From: an uncultured Candidatus Binatia bacterium
Lineage (GTDB): Bacteria; Desulfobacterota; Binatia; Bin18
DNA length: 64,000 nucleotides
Direction: 5' to 3'
Assembly: GCA_965232605.1 (NCBI GenBank)
Contig: CBDDQA010000006.1
Coordinates: 318,556 to 382,555 of the forward strand
The notes under the pieces were generated by a model that had not been told where the DNA came from, ran no database searches, and was given only the letters and a program-made list of their open reading frames with translations. Position 1 is the stretch's first letter, and the number at the start of each line of letters is the position of its first letter. The translations under genes and the position numbers were made by a program. Below are positions 19,983-30,063 of this stretch, one piece after another.

Positions 19983-21644
19983 ATGACGAACACGACTCAA
20001 CAGCCACACAGAAACGGATCGCTTGAATACTGTGACGCCGTCATCATCGGAGCGGGCGTTGGCGGCATGTACGCCTTACACCACCTGCGCGAAATGGGCC
20101 TGTCAGTGCGCGTGTACGACGGCGCCGGCGGTATCGGCGGAACCTGGTGGTGGAACCGCTACCCCGGTGCACGGGTCGATGGTCCGGGTAGTCCTTTCTA
20201 CTGCTACACCTTCTCGGAAGAGCTGGTGCGGGAGTGGGACTGGGCCGAGACCCAGCCAAGCCAAGAGCAGGTACTGGACTACCTTGAGCACGTCGCCGAC
20301 CGGCTCGACCTGCGCCGCGACATCCAACTTGAGACCTGGATACGCGACGCCCGTTATGACGAAGCGGTCCAGCGCTGGACCGTTGAGACCAGCGGTGGCG
20401 AGCGTGTCTCGGCTCAGTTTTTGATCTGCGCAGTCGGCACCCTCTCGGCGGCCCACAAACCCGACTTCCCCGGACTCGACGATTTTACCGGTGAGTGCTA
20501 CCACACCGGCCGCTGGCCGCAGGAACCTGTTTCTTTTGAGGGCAAACGCGTTGGCGTGATCGGGACTGGCTCCTCGGGGGTCCAGGCAGTTCCTGTCATC
20601 GCTCGCGAGGCCGCCCATCTGACGGTGTTCCAGCGCACACCGCAATACAGCATCCCGGCCCGGAACCGTCCCCTCGAGCCTGAGTTAATGCAGTACGCCC
20701 GCGAAAACTGGGACGAAGTCCGGGCGAAAATGAACGCCCATCCCGTCGGCATGCCGTTCGAGACCACCTCGCGCTTGGGCGCCGAGGACACCCCCGAACA
20801 ACGCCAGGCGCTCTACGAGGATCTGTGGCAGAAGGGCAGCTTCAACCTCCTTTTCGGCAGCTATGCCGACCTCCTGACCAATAAAGAAACCAACCGCACG
20901 CTGGCCGATTTTATACGCGGCAAGATTCGCGAGTGCGTGAAGGACCCCGAGATTGCCGAGAAACTGATGCCGGACTACTATCTGGGCACCAAGCGCCAGA
21001 TCCTCGATAATGGCTACTACGAAACCTTCAATCGCGACAACGTCACTTTAGTAGACTTACGCGAAGACCCAATTCAGACGGTCACTGCAACAGGTGTACG
21101 GACTGAGACCGGCGACCATCCGCTCGATATGATCGTGATGGCAACGGGCTTCGACGCCATCAGCGGCACTATGCTGCGCCTCAACCCCAAGGGGCGGGGC
21201 GGCGTCGACCTCAAGGAGAAGTGGAGCAGTCGCTTCGATAACTATCTTGGTATGGCGATTGCCGACTTTCCCAATCTGTTTATGATCCATGGCCCAGGCT
21301 CACCCTCAGTGCTCTATAACATGCCGCTCGGTGCCGAGCGCGAGACGGAGTGGATCGGCAACTGCGTGCAATATCTACGCGCACGGGGTCTGGGTGCCAT
21401 CGAGGCGACGCCGGACGCCGAGAAAGACTGGGACAAAGAGGTCAACGAACTCGCCAACGAGACGCTCTACCCCCTCACTGACTCCTGGTACACAGGCGCC
21501 AACATCCCAGGCAAGCCCCGTCAGTTCTGCGTCCACCTGGGTGGCCCGCTGTACTTTCAGCGCATCTCTGAGGCTGCCGCCAAGGGCTACGAGGGGTTCG
21601 TGTTTGAGGAGGAGAACAACGTGGACGTCTCCGCCGCGTCCTGA
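19983..21644 (+). CDS. Baeyer-Villiger monooxygenase (cyclohexanone/phenylacetone monooxygenase family)
   Basis: GAGVGG, GGTWWWNRYPGARVD, fingerprint FTGECYHTGRWP, GTGSSGVQ, FQRTP. Confidence 0.95.
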   Translation: MTNTTQQPHRNGSLEYCDAVIIGAGVGGMYALHHLREMGLSVRVYDGAGGIGGTWWWNRYPGARVDGPGSPFYCYTFSEELVREWDWAETQPSQEQVLDYLEHVADRLDLRRDIQLETWIRDARYDEAVQRWTVETSGGERVSAQFLICAVGTLSAAHKPDFPGLDDFTGECYHTGRWPQEPVSFEGKRVGVIGTGSSGVQAVPVIAREAAHLTVFQRTPQYSIPARNRPLEPELMQYARENWDEVRAKMNAHPVGMPFETTSRLGAEDTPEQRQALYEDLWQKGSFNLLFGSYADLLTNKETNRTLADFIRGKIRECVKDPEIAEKLMPDYYLGTKRQILDNGYYETFNRDNVTLVDLREDPIQTVTATGVRTETGDHPLDMIVMATGFDAISGTMLRLNPKGRGGVDLKEKWSSRFDNYLGMAIADFPNLFMIHGPGSPSVLYNMPLGAERETEWIGNCVQYLRARGLGAIEATPDAEKDWDKEVNELANETLYPLTDSWYTGANIPGKPRQFCVHLGGPLYFQRISEAAAKGYEGFVFEEENNVDVSAAS

Positions 21645-21777
21645 GCGCCTCAGAACATCGACCCGGGCGCTACCCTATACCGATCCGCTTTTGTGGAAGG
21701 CCGGCGGTATGCTGGCGTGGCATATCGGTCGTTCGGCAGTCCATTCCAAGCACGGGTATGCCGGAGGGTAGAGACTG

Positions 21778-22161
21778 ATGAATAGGAAACATGATGCGGG
21801 GGTCGCGAAGCATATCGGTACATACAGCGATGCGGTAGAGATTGATTCCGCACAACGCATCCTCTATGTGTCCGGTACCCCCGGTATTGACGCGGACAGT
21901 GGCCACTTGCCGGACGACTTCGCCGAGCAAGCAGACCTCGCCTGGCGTAACGTCGTGAACATTCTCAAGCGGGCGGATATGGGTGTTGAAGATATCGTCA
22001 AACTGACCCAGCATCTTATTCGGCGGGAAGACTTGAAAATCTATCGAGAAATACGATCACGGTATTTGGGGACGTGCGCTCCAGCCTCAATGCTCACCCT
22101 ACTCCCCGGTCTCGTTTGGCCGAATATGCTGATCGAGCTAGAGGTCGTGGCCGCGAAATGA
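21778..22161 (+). CDS. RidA/YjgF family protein
   Basis: YSDAV, LYVSG.PG, QA..AWRNV..IL, PASML, LIELEVVAA. Confidence 0.9.
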   Translation: MNRKHDAGVAKHIGTYSDAVEIDSAQRILYVSGTPGIDADSGHLPDDFAEQADLAWRNVVNILKRADMGVEDIVKLTQHLIRREDLKIYREIRSRYLGTCAPASMLTLLPGLVWPNMLIELEVVAAK

Positions 22162-22241
22162 AGCCAGGAAGGCACTGTCAAGGTATCGAAACGAAGCACG
22201 AACCTCACGGCGTGTGAGATCAGTTGAGGCGTCTCCTTACG

Positions 22242-22517
22242 CTACACCCCTAACCAATACAGTCCAATGAGGATGGCACAGACCGAGACGGCCCACACTT
22301 CAAACGCTATTCGTAGTGGCAATGGCGCCGTTCTGAGTTCCATGAAATCAAGAAAGACGAAACGGATTTTGACAAAGGTGATAATCAAAATGGCGGCGGT
22401 CGCGTAGTGAGACTGCTCCCCAAAACCGAACCCGTGCCCGAACTGCCACGACAGCATCGTCGCCACGATCAAGCCGACCCAAATACCGGTCACTCTGGAT
22501 TGAAGCCAAGCTGCCAT
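22242..22517 (-). CDS. Prokaryotic cytochrome c oxidase subunit IV-like membrane protein
   Basis: 91 aa, three hydrophobic segments, VKIRFVFLDFMELR motif. Confidence 0.75.
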   Translation of the reverse strand: MAAWLQSRVTGIWVGLIVATMLSWQFGHGFGFGEQSHYATAAILIITFVKIRFVFLDFMELRTAPLPLRIAFEVWAVSVCAILIGLYWLGV

Positions 22518-22520
22518 GGA

Positions 22521-23108
22521 TCACCGCATCAGATACAGCAGCGCGAAGAGCGCAATCCACAAGATATCCACAAGGTGCCAAAAACACGCCCCGCTTTCGA
22601 GCACGCCCACGCCTTGCCCATCAAATTTCGCACCGCGCACGAACTGCCAGAGGAAAATCAGCACACCAATCCCAAGCACCATGTGCAGCAGGTGAATGCC
22701 AGTCATCAGGTAGTAGTACATAAAGAAATTATTCGTCTCTATAGTCAAACCGGCGGCAATCTTTTCGCCCCATTCAAAATATTTGGTGACGACGAAACCG
22801 ATACCGCACAGGATTGCCAACCCGAAACAGCCGCCGGCCCGCGAAAGCTGGCCGGCCCGAGCGCCGTGAACGGCGAGGGCCACCAGCCAGGAACTCGTCA
22901 ACAGCAGCACGGTGTTGAGCAGCCCGAGGGTTTGGTTCAGCAGTTGCTGCTGTTCAACGAATAACGCGACTTCTTGCGAGCGATCGTAGACAAAGACCGA
23001 GAACAACAGAGAAAAGACCAGGATGTCGCCGATGATGAACATCCAGACGCCGGTTTCGCCAGGCAGGTGCGGCTTGCCTGAGTCCGGCAGCGCGGAAGTC
23101 GAAGACAT
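22521..23108 (-). CDS. Heme-copper oxidase subunit III-like protein
   Basis: GVWMFIIGD, NTVLLLTSS, FFMYYYLMTGIHLLH, FWHLVDILWIALFALLYL. Confidence 0.9.
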   Translation of the reverse strand: MSSTSALPDSGKPHLPGETGVWMFIIGDILVFSLLFSVFVYDRSQEVALFVEQQQLLNQTLGLLNTVLLLTSSWLVALAVHGARAGQLSRAGGCFGLAILCGIGFVVTKYFEWGEKIAAGLTIETNNFFMYYYLMTGIHLLHMVLGIGVLIFLWQFVRGAKFDGQGVGVLESGACFWHLVDILWIALFALLYLMR

Positions 23109-23123
23109 TGGTGAGTCGTCTAT

Positions 23124-23831
23124 CTAGGCGGCCACCGCCGGTTCAGATTGCGCCTGCTGTTTTATCGCGCCCATAAGGATGAAAGGCATCGCGACATACC
23201 AGGTAAAAAAGACCAAAAACGGTACCCACCAGACAAACAAGCCATCCCAGGCGAAAGGCCCCGTCTTGAAAAAGGTTAAAAGCCCGCCAGGAACAAACAG
23301 CACCGCCACCCAGAGATTGTAGTACCCGACCCAACGCGGAAATATCGGCTCCGCCTGATTATCACTCAAGATACACAGGCCGAGGGCAATGTTCTGGATG
23401 ATGAACGGCGCGAAGGTCATTAACAGCGTGATCCAACCAATATCGTTCAGCATCCGGGTCAGCTCGGGATCGTGATCAGGCCGAAATGCCGCCCCCGTCC
23501 AAAACACGGCTGAAAACACAAACACCAGCGTGGTGACACAGCCGGCGCCAAGTTGCGTGTACGTAAAGACGGGGACGAGATCGCCTTCGATACGTTTCAT
23601 CTGCATGGACAGCGCCGCAGCGAACGAACAAATAAATCCGGCACTGCTCATAATCAGCAAAATCCCGAAGCGCATGGGCAGGGTGTTTTCGCGATAGATC
23701 GTCGCAACTTCTTCGGCGCTGAGGTTCGGCGAAATCGGCGGAATGAAATTCGCGAACAAAAATCCGGCCAGACAAATCACGGCGAACCCTATCGCGGACC
23801 AGGCACAAATCATTTGGTTTCGAATATTCAT
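23124..23831 (-). CDS. Conserved multi-pass membrane protein preceding COX3-like gene
   Basis: 235 aa with about 5-6 hydrophobic segments; AAFRP, FPRWVGYYNLW, FKTGPFAWDGLFVWWVP. Confidence 0.75.
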   Translation of the reverse strand: MNIRNQMICAWSAIGFAVICLAGFLFANFIPPISPNLSAEEVATIYRENTLPMRFGILLIMSSAGFICSFAAALSMQMKRIEGDLVPVFTYTQLGAGCVTTLVFVFSAVFWTGAAFRPDHDPELTRMLNDIGWITLLMTFAPFIIQNIALGLCILSDNQAEPIFPRWVGYYNLWVAVLFVPGGLLTFFKTGPFAWDGLFVWWVPFLVFFTWYVAMPFILMGAIKQQAQSEPAVAA

Positions 23832-23973
23832 CTCTCCCCCTTTGAATCTGAGTTGACATTCGAGTTTTAGGCCATCTCGCGCTCATGCCGGAGCAGGCAG
23901 GATAAGCCTAAGCCTGCCCATCGCTTGCCGTCAAGCGCTGCCATAAATTAGGTTTTCGTTAACGGAAGGTAGG

Positions 23974-24300
23974 GGCAAACTCGACTGCGCGTTTAACAAC
24001 GCCGGCATCGAAGGCGCAGCAAAGTTCACCACGGATTGCACCGAGGAAGAATTTGAGCGCACGCTCGCGGTGAACGTGCCCGGCGTGTGGCTGTGCATGA
24101 AATATGAAATTCAACACATGCTCAGCCACGGCGGGGGTTCGATCGTCAATACGGCCTCAGCCGCGGGCCTGATTGGCCTCCCCTCGGCGCCTGATTATGT
24201 GGCCAGCAAACACGCGGTGGTTGGTCTGACGAAAACGGCGGCGCTGGAATACGCCAAGGCCGGCATTCGGGTCAATGCCGTGTGTCCCGGGGCGATTGAC
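23974..24300 (+). pseudogene. Short-chain dehydrogenase (SDR) internal fragment
   Basis: Frame reads [14 protein letters not shown]...[11 protein letters not shown]...[35 protein letters not shown]. No start codon or GxxxGxG upstream (in-frame stop at 23944); C-terminus lost. Confidence 0.85.
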
Positions 24301-24455
24301 AGGAGTTATTCTTTCCGCAACTGCTCGCCAGTCCCGATGTGATCGTCCTCGTCGCTGAGGAGGGGGAGACGCCCCGTGGGAGAGCGGGTAGCAGGAGAGG
24401 GTTGCGCTGTGTTAAAGACAGCACGTGTTAAAGACGGAACAAAGGAGGAGACATA

Positions 24456-25601
24456 ATGGCGAGCTATCCGGTGATATCGTCAGATGACCATGTGTTTGAG
24501 CCAGCGGATTTGTGGACGAGTCGGCTCGATAAGCCATTCCGCGATCGCGCACCCCACGTGATTCATCGCGACGAGGATGACACCGACTGGTGGGTATGCG
24601 ACGGCCTCGTGGGCCTCAGCGGCGGGTCAGGTGGCTCACTGTTGGGCAAGCGCTTTGATGAATCGCCCGACAAGCTGAGCTTTGCCGATAAGATCGAGAA
24701 TGTCCGGCCCGGGGCGTATCTGCCCGAAGAACGCCTCAAAGATATGGATGCCGACGGCATCGACCTGGCGCTGGTGTATCCCACGCAAGGGCTGCTGCTG
24801 TACAGCGTGCCAGATAGCACCCTCCTCACCGCCTTATGCAAAGCCTATAACGACTGGCTCGTTGAGTTTTGTGGCGGGTCGGCGGGCCGGATCAAAGGGA
24901 TCGCGATGTTGGATATCGACGACATTGGGTCGGCGATCCGGGAGATCGAGCGGTGCGCGAAACTGGGCCTCGTCGGGGCGATGATCTCGGTGTATCCGGC
25001 CGAGGAGAACTCATACGATCGACCTGAATACGAGCCGTTCTGGTCGGCGGCGGAAGATTTACGGATGCCGCTCAGCCTCCATATTGTGACCAACCGGCCG
25101 GCCGCGCAGACCGGCCAAGGCGATGGGGCACTCCGGTCACTGGACGGGCCGATTGATTTCGCGGCCCTGGCGAATGCGGATCACTGGGTGCGGATGTCCT
25201 TAGCCCGAATGATTCTGAGTGGGGTCTTTGAACGCCATCCGCGGCTCCAAGTCGGCTCGATTGAACAAGAAGTCTCGTGGGCGCCGCACTTCATCGAACG
25301 CCTCGACTACACCTATACGCAGCGCCCCCAAAGTGGCGGGTATCGGTTTGGGGAAGCGATGCTCCCCAGCGATTACTTCCGTCGCAACGTCTTCATCAGC
25401 TTTCAAGAAGATGCGGTGGGCTTGCGGGAGCGGCAGTTCATTGGGGTGGACAATCTCCTGTGGGGGTCGGACTATCCGCATGCCGAGTCGACGTTTCCGC
25501 GCTCGCAACAGATCCTGACGGAGATCTTGGCCGACTGTACGGAGGAGGAGAAGGCGAAGATCGTGGGTGGGAACACGGCTCGCATTTACAACCTCGGCTA
25601 A
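24456..25601 (+). CDS. Amidohydrolase_2 family protein
   Basis: ISSDDHVFEP, AYNDWL, PLSLH, FERHPRL, WGSDYPHAES; AAGGAGG RBS. Confidence 0.92.
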   Translation: MASYPVISSDDHVFEPADLWTSRLDKPFRDRAPHVIHRDEDDTDWWVCDGLVGLSGGSGGSLLGKRFDESPDKLSFADKIENVRPGAYLPEERLKDMDADGIDLALVYPTQGLLLYSVPDSTLLTALCKAYNDWLVEFCGGSAGRIKGIAMLDIDDIGSAIREIERCAKLGLVGAMISVYPAEENSYDRPEYEPFWSAAEDLRMPLSLHIVTNRPAAQTGQGDGALRSLDGPIDFAALANADHWVRMSLARMILSGVFERHPRLQVGSIEQEVSWAPHFIERLDYTYTQRPQSGGYRFGEAMLPSDYFRRNVFISFQEDAVGLRERQFIGVDNLLWGSDYPHAESTFPRSQQILTEILADCTEEEKAKIVGGNTARIYNLG

Positions 25602-25661
25602 GGGATGATTAACAAAGACCAAGTAAGAGAGCAGGTGGAAGGAATTGTCTTATTTTTCTAA

Positions 25662-25744
25662 CAGCGATGAGCGCGTCGGCAAACGCCATACCGGAAGCCC
25701 CGGCTCCGACAATAAGACAGTCCGTCTCGACCACGCTCGTGATC
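25662..25744 (-). pseudogene. 5' remnant of an FAD/NAD(P)-dependent oxidoreductase paralogous to 28632..30047
   Basis: Reads ITSVVETDCLIVGAGASGMAFADALIA and then breaks; near-identical to 29963-30046. Confidence 0.8.
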
Positions 25745-25763
25745 CTACATCTGCTGGAAGCTG

Positions 25764-25837
25764 TCTCATAAATGTCTGACGGATGCTCTATAGGCCGTCG
25801 ATCCTAGGCAAAAGTGGCGGCCCTCCTATTTATGAGA
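25764..25837. repeat. Short inverted repeat pair (possible MITE or IS-end remnant)
   Basis: TCTCATAAAT (25764-73) ... ATTTATGAGA (25828-37), adjacent to the gene remnant. Confidence 0.35.
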
Positions 25838-25862
25838 TGAGTTCTAGACACAATCTTTACCG

Positions 25863-26222
25863 TTATCCTAGCGATACGTTCAGCAGCCTGGCATAAATCT
25901 TGTGCGGCTCTGGTTCGGTGGCACCAAGTAGATCAATGCTGATATTCGTAGAATCAAAGTATTCGTACCACTCGGCTTCTACGACAACTTTCTCAAATTC
26001 GTGAACTTGTTCAGCGCTGCTCAGCCCAAAAACTCCGACGAACCCCTTTTCGGGAGCTTTCGGTAGAGTTTGATCAATCTTACTCCAGCCCAAAACGATC
26101 GCGCCGCCTGCACGCCCAGCGTTTATATAGGCGTCCAGCGATTTCAGATACGCGAGTTTGTCCACTTCACTCAAAGCGTGCCAACGGGTATTGGGATGCC
26201 ATACGATGGCTAATATGTGCAT
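25863..26222 (-). CDS. Hypothetical protein, DUF6616-like
   Basis: 119 aa, AGGAG RBS; WYEYFDSTN resembles the WHDYF.T.N ending I recall for DUF6616. Confidence 0.6.
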   Translation of the reverse strand: MHILAIVWHPNTRWHALSEVDKLAYLKSLDAYINAGRAGGAIVLGWSKIDQTLPKAPEKGFVGVFGLSSAEQVHEFEKVVVEAEWYEYFDSTNISIDLLGATEPEPHKIYARLLNVSLG

Positions 26223-26349
26223 GAGTTCTCCTCCAGTCCTCTCGCCATATTTGTCTGTCGCTTTATATGCGGATGACTACGACTCCGCCTAGCGGAGGTC
26301 TGCCACCTCACTATCATTACCCGACTCTGCCCCAACGCAGATATTCAAC

Positions 26350-27048
26350 TTACTCCCTTTCGGTTTCGCCTGCCCGTACGGCCGCTTGCCGCCTCAGAGA
26401 AGGCGGGCCCGTCGATAACCGCGCTTCATCCGTGGGCACGAAAGCGCCGCCGATTTTATCCAGCAGAATCTGTGCGTTCATTTCGATGCCTTTGCCGCCC
26501 GCAGCTTTCATCGCGGGAAAGTGTTCGAGCAAATTCTCCGCAGCGCCCCGGTAAACGTGCGATGGGTCGCCAGGCCAGGGCGGTAATGCCGCAATTTGTT
26601 CTGCATTGAGGTCCTTCAGGAAATGCCGCGCCTGCGGCTCCATCCGGACAAGGTTCGTCAGGCCTGCAAATTCTTTGTACGCGGCCACCTGTGACACGAG
26701 AATCCTTTTCTCGTAGAACGGATGGTCACCGAACAGCACCGTCCAGCACGCTTTGCAATAGAAACGGGTGGTATCAGCCGACTCATAATTCATGAATGCG
26801 CCCAGTTTCTCTTCGCCCGTCATGATGCAAAAGTCGTTCGGCAGCCAGCAGCAGTCCGCACACAGATTGTGTGGATATTCCGGGCCGCCGCGCTTCGTCG
26901 CATACCACAGGGCCGAGAGGCAATCGTGGCAACAACATTCGTGTCGGAAAAGCTCTTTGTTTGCGGGGAAGTCGATACGAACGGAACCGCATTTGCACCG
27001 AATAGTCGCCATGGTTTTTCTCGTGGGTTGGCCTTTCGAATCTGGCAA
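26350..27048 (-). CDS. Cys-rich GFA/DUF6151-like protein
   Basis: IRCKCG...ECCCHDC...RFYCKACWT pattern; start may be MATIRC near 27012. Confidence 0.6.
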   Translation of the reverse strand: MPDSKGQPTRKTMATIRCKCGSVRIDFPANKELFRHECCCHDCLSALWYATKRGGPEYPHNLCADCCWLPNDFCIMTGEEKLGAFMNYESADTTRFYCKACWTVLFGDHPFYEKRILVSQVAAYKEFAGLTNLVRMEPQARHFLKDLNAEQIAALPPWPGDPSHVYRGAAENLLEHFPAMKAAGGKGIEMNAQILLDKIGGAFVPTDEARLSTGPPSLRRQAAVRAGETERE

Positions 27049-27118
27049 ACCGACCCCTAACTACAATTTTACTGCGAGTCAATGTTTCTCCGTCCGTAAA
27101 CATTGTGGAAAGTCAGGC

Positions 27119-27144
27119 CAGACTCGACGTATCCACCCAAGCCA
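27119..27144 (+). repeat. Dispersed 26-bp repeat, copy 2
   Basis: CAGACTCGACGTATCCACCCAAGCCA; see 19796-19821. Confidence 0.6.
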
Positions 27145-27280
27145 GAGGGAAAGATCATACGGCGATCTCTCCGCGCAGCATTTTTTCTGGCTCTGCGGAA
27201 GGAGTCCCATGAGTCGAGCCTGACCCCATATGTCAGCGTGTCGCACCCTCGGCGACATCGGGCAACAGGCTTCGGCCCGC

Positions 27281-28621
27281 TTACCCACACACGTTTTGAT
27301 TGAGATGGTCGCGGAGTGTGTCGCCGGTGTATTCGCGCCGGTGCCGCCCGCGCTTCTGCAAGATGGGTACGACCTCGTCAACAAATTCTTTGAAGTTGTT
27401 CGGCATGACTGTCGGTGTGATGTTAAAGCCGTCGCCGCCGGTTTCATCGAGGATGGCTTCCATCTGGTCGGCGACCTGTTCAGGCGTCCCGACAAGCTGC
27501 GGGCAGCCAATCGTTGCGCCGTAGATTTTCCCGACTTCGCGCATGGTCAGTTTGTCTTTGCCCAAGTCGCCGGCCTTATACATCTTGGTAAAAATATCCA
27601 ATAAGCCCTGGATGCCTTCGACCTCGATGTCTTCAATCGGCTCATCAAGGTCGTACTGCGACAAATCGTGGTTGGAGTGCCCGGAAAGGAGGGCGAGGCC
27701 GCCTTCATACGGGACCAATTCATTAAACTCCCGCTGCCTGCGCTTCGCCTCCGCTTCGGTCCCACCCAGGATAGTCTGAATGCCCCAAATGTATTTGAGG
27801 CTGGATGGCTCTCTTCCGTTTTTCTTTAACCTTCCCCGCATATCGTCGGCAAAAGCCTTCAATGCCCGCGTGGTGAGCTGCACACCAAATGCCGCCTCCG
27901 CATGTTTGGCGCAAAAGTCACGCCCCGCGTCTGACGCGCCCGCCTGAAAAAGTACTGGGTACCCCTGCGGCGAGGGTTCAACCGCCGAAATACCGGGGCA
28001 TGAAAACCACTTGCCTTTGTGATTGATCGGGTGGACTTTGCTGGCATCAACAAACACCCCCGTCTTCTTGTCCGCTACGACCGAGCCTGGCTCCCAGCTG
28101 TTCCACAGTTTGTGGCAGACCTCCATGTATTCGTCCGCACGCTTATAGCGCTCGGTATGCGGGACCATTTTTTCCAGTCCAAGGTTCACGGCCTCGGCCA
28201 CGTGGGCGGAGGTGACGATGTTCCAGCCAATCCGCCCTTTGGTCAGATGATCAAGCGTGCTCAATTTGCGCACCGCCATATACGGCTGGTAGTAGGTCAG
28301 GGAAAGGGTCACCGCGTAACCGAGTCTCTCGGTCACCGCGGCCAGCATCGGAATGACCAAGGTCGGATCGTGCATGGGAAACTGGATGGCATGGGTGAGC
28401 GCTTCGTCCATCCGATTCCGGTAATTCCCGAATGCCGCTAAGGTATCGGCAAAAAAGATGGCATCGAACTTGCCGCGTTCCAGCGTCCGCGCCACGTCCT
28501 GCCAGATTTCAGGTTTGGCAAACGAGGCGGCGACCTGGCTGTCGGGATGCAGCCAGGAGCCCACGGAATGATTCATCGGACCAAACATCACAAAACCATT
28601 CAGATGCATCAATTTTTTCAC
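27281..28621 (-). CDS. NtaA/SnaA/DszA-family FMN-dependent monooxygenase (LLM)
   Basis: LERGKFDAIFFADTL, STLDHLTKGRIGWNIVTS, SPQGYPVLFQAGASDAGRDFCAKHAE, VVPILQKRG. Confidence 0.93.
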   Translation of the reverse strand: MKKLMHLNGFVMFGPMNHSVGSWLHPDSQVAASFAKPEIWQDVARTLERGKFDAIFFADTLAAFGNYRNRMDEALTHAIQFPMHDPTLVIPMLAAVTERLGYAVTLSLTYYQPYMAVRKLSTLDHLTKGRIGWNIVTSAHVAEAVNLGLEKMVPHTERYKRADEYMEVCHKLWNSWEPGSVVADKKTGVFVDASKVHPINHKGKWFSCPGISAVEPSPQGYPVLFQAGASDAGRDFCAKHAEAAFGVQLTTRALKAFADDMRGRLKKNGREPSSLKYIWGIQTILGGTEAEAKRRQREFNELVPYEGGLALLSGHSNHDLSQYDLDEPIEDIEVEGIQGLLDIFTKMYKAGDLGKDKLTMREVGKIYGATIGCPQLVGTPEQVADQMEAILDETGGDGFNITPTVMPNNFKEFVDEVVPILQKRGRHRREYTGDTLRDHLNQNVCG

Positions 28622-28631
28622 GTTTGGGCTC

Positions 28632-30047
28632 CTATCCTATCATTGACGACGCTTCGGCCAGCAGCCGTTCGGCATTTTTTAACGCCGGTTCGGCGTTGGC
28701 CTGCCAGCGATCAAGGGCCGTCTTCATGCGCGGTTCACTCAGGTGATTTTCCATGCCGCGGGTGAGATTCAGGCGCGAGCTTGCCTGCCACGCCGTGATG
28801 TCCGGCTCGGTCGCATGCAGCGCGGAAGTATTGAGCATACCGTGCATAAACCGGACCCAATCGAGCGGAACGTCGACCTGGGCGACGGGTGGGCAGAGCC
28901 GGTTCTTCTCGGCGTCGTCGCGGCCGGTGGACTCGATAAACCCGAGCATGGCCGCGTAATACGTCTGGACCGCGCCAATGAGGGATTGAATCACGATGCG
29001 GCCCGGCTCGAAAATCGGCCGGACGGGTCGCTTGTGGTAGCCGCAGGCCGTGCAATCCACATGCACGTGGCCGCGCTCAGTCGGAATCTCCCCTTTCTCC
29101 AGGATGATGCGGTCGGCGCCCAGACTTTGCACGCGACCCAGGCGGACCACGTTTTCGATCTGCATCAACGCTTCGCGTTCGGCGGCGTTCAGGATGGCGC
29201 CCCGAAACATGGTCGGCCTGATCCGCGGCTCGAAGCGTTGCAGTTGGCCGCACGCTTCGAGCCGAGGCCAAAGCGCATCTGCCGTCTCGGCCTGGGCGAG
29301 GGCCTCGACGCCAAGCGATAATCCGTTGACGGTCTCGGTGACCAGATCGAGCGGCTGGAGCGTCAGGCGGTCCAGCAACCAGGCTTCGCGGGGTCTAATC
29401 CACCTGATCCTGTCGGGCTCTTCACCGTTGTCGAGCAGCCAGTTGCAGGCATCCATAGCGGTCTTGCCTGCTCCAATGATGGTATAGCCGGTCGGACGCT
29501 CAGCCAGATTGGTCAGCTCACCGAGGGGAATGAATGTGACATCCGGGTCAACCGCAAACGACGGCGTATGCGTTGCCGGGACCGTCACCTCGAGATAGGT
29601 CGTATCTACAATCTTGCGGCGCACGCGTACCGTCGTACCGGCGCCGGTCACGCGTGAGGTGAACGCGTGCGCGTTTGCCCAGTCCCCGACGTAGTCACAC
29701 ATACCGAAGAAGCGCACCTGTCCCGACGGCAGCAGCACCTCGTCGAGCACCCGCTGGTAATAGGCACATATCTCCGCGGCCGTCGAGCGCTCGTAGAATC
29801 CGGCGTTCGGGCCGGTTTGGTCGATCGAATCCGTGCCCAGCATCCGCGAGTTGACCCCGTAGCAGGCCGAGGCGTGGTGAATACGCACGAACGGGTACGC
29901 ATCGTTCCAATGGCCACCCGGACAGTGGCGCCGCTCGACCATCACGACGTCAGCATCACATTCAGCGATGAGCGCGTCGGCAAACGCCATACCGGAAGCC
30001 CCGGCTCCGACGATAAGATAGTCCGTCTCAATCTCGCTCAGGATCAC
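28632..30047 (-). CDS. FAD/NAD(P)-dependent oxidoreductase
   Basis: DYLIVGAGASGMAFADAL, GGHWNDAYPFVRIH, IIGAGKTAMDAC. Confidence 0.85.
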   Translation of the reverse strand: MILSEIETDYLIVGAGASGMAFADALIAECDADVVMVERRHCPGGHWNDAYPFVRIHHASACYGVNSRMLGTDSIDQTGPNAGFYERSTAAEICAYYQRVLDEVLLPSGQVRFFGMCDYVGDWANAHAFTSRVTGAGTTVRVRRKIVDTTYLEVTVPATHTPSFAVDPDVTFIPLGELTNLAERPTGYTIIGAGKTAMDACNWLLDNGEEPDRIRWIRPREAWLLDRLTLQPLDLVTETVNGLSLGVEALAQAETADALWPRLEACGQLQRFEPRIRPTMFRGAILNAAEREALMQIENVVRLGRVQSLGADRIILEKGEIPTERGHVHVDCTACGYHKRPVRPIFEPGRIVIQSLIGAVQTYYAAMLGFIESTGRDDAEKNRLCPPVAQVDVPLDWVRFMHGMLNTSALHATEPDITAWQASSRLNLTRGMENHLSEPRMKTALDRWQANAEPALKNAERLLAEASSMIG

Positions 30048-30063
30048 GTTTCTTTCTTATTAT

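Noticed and set aside
24408-24435. GTGTTAAAGAC direct repeat upstream of the amidohydrolase
   Set aside because: Only two 11-bp copies; could be an operator but there is no supporting evidence.
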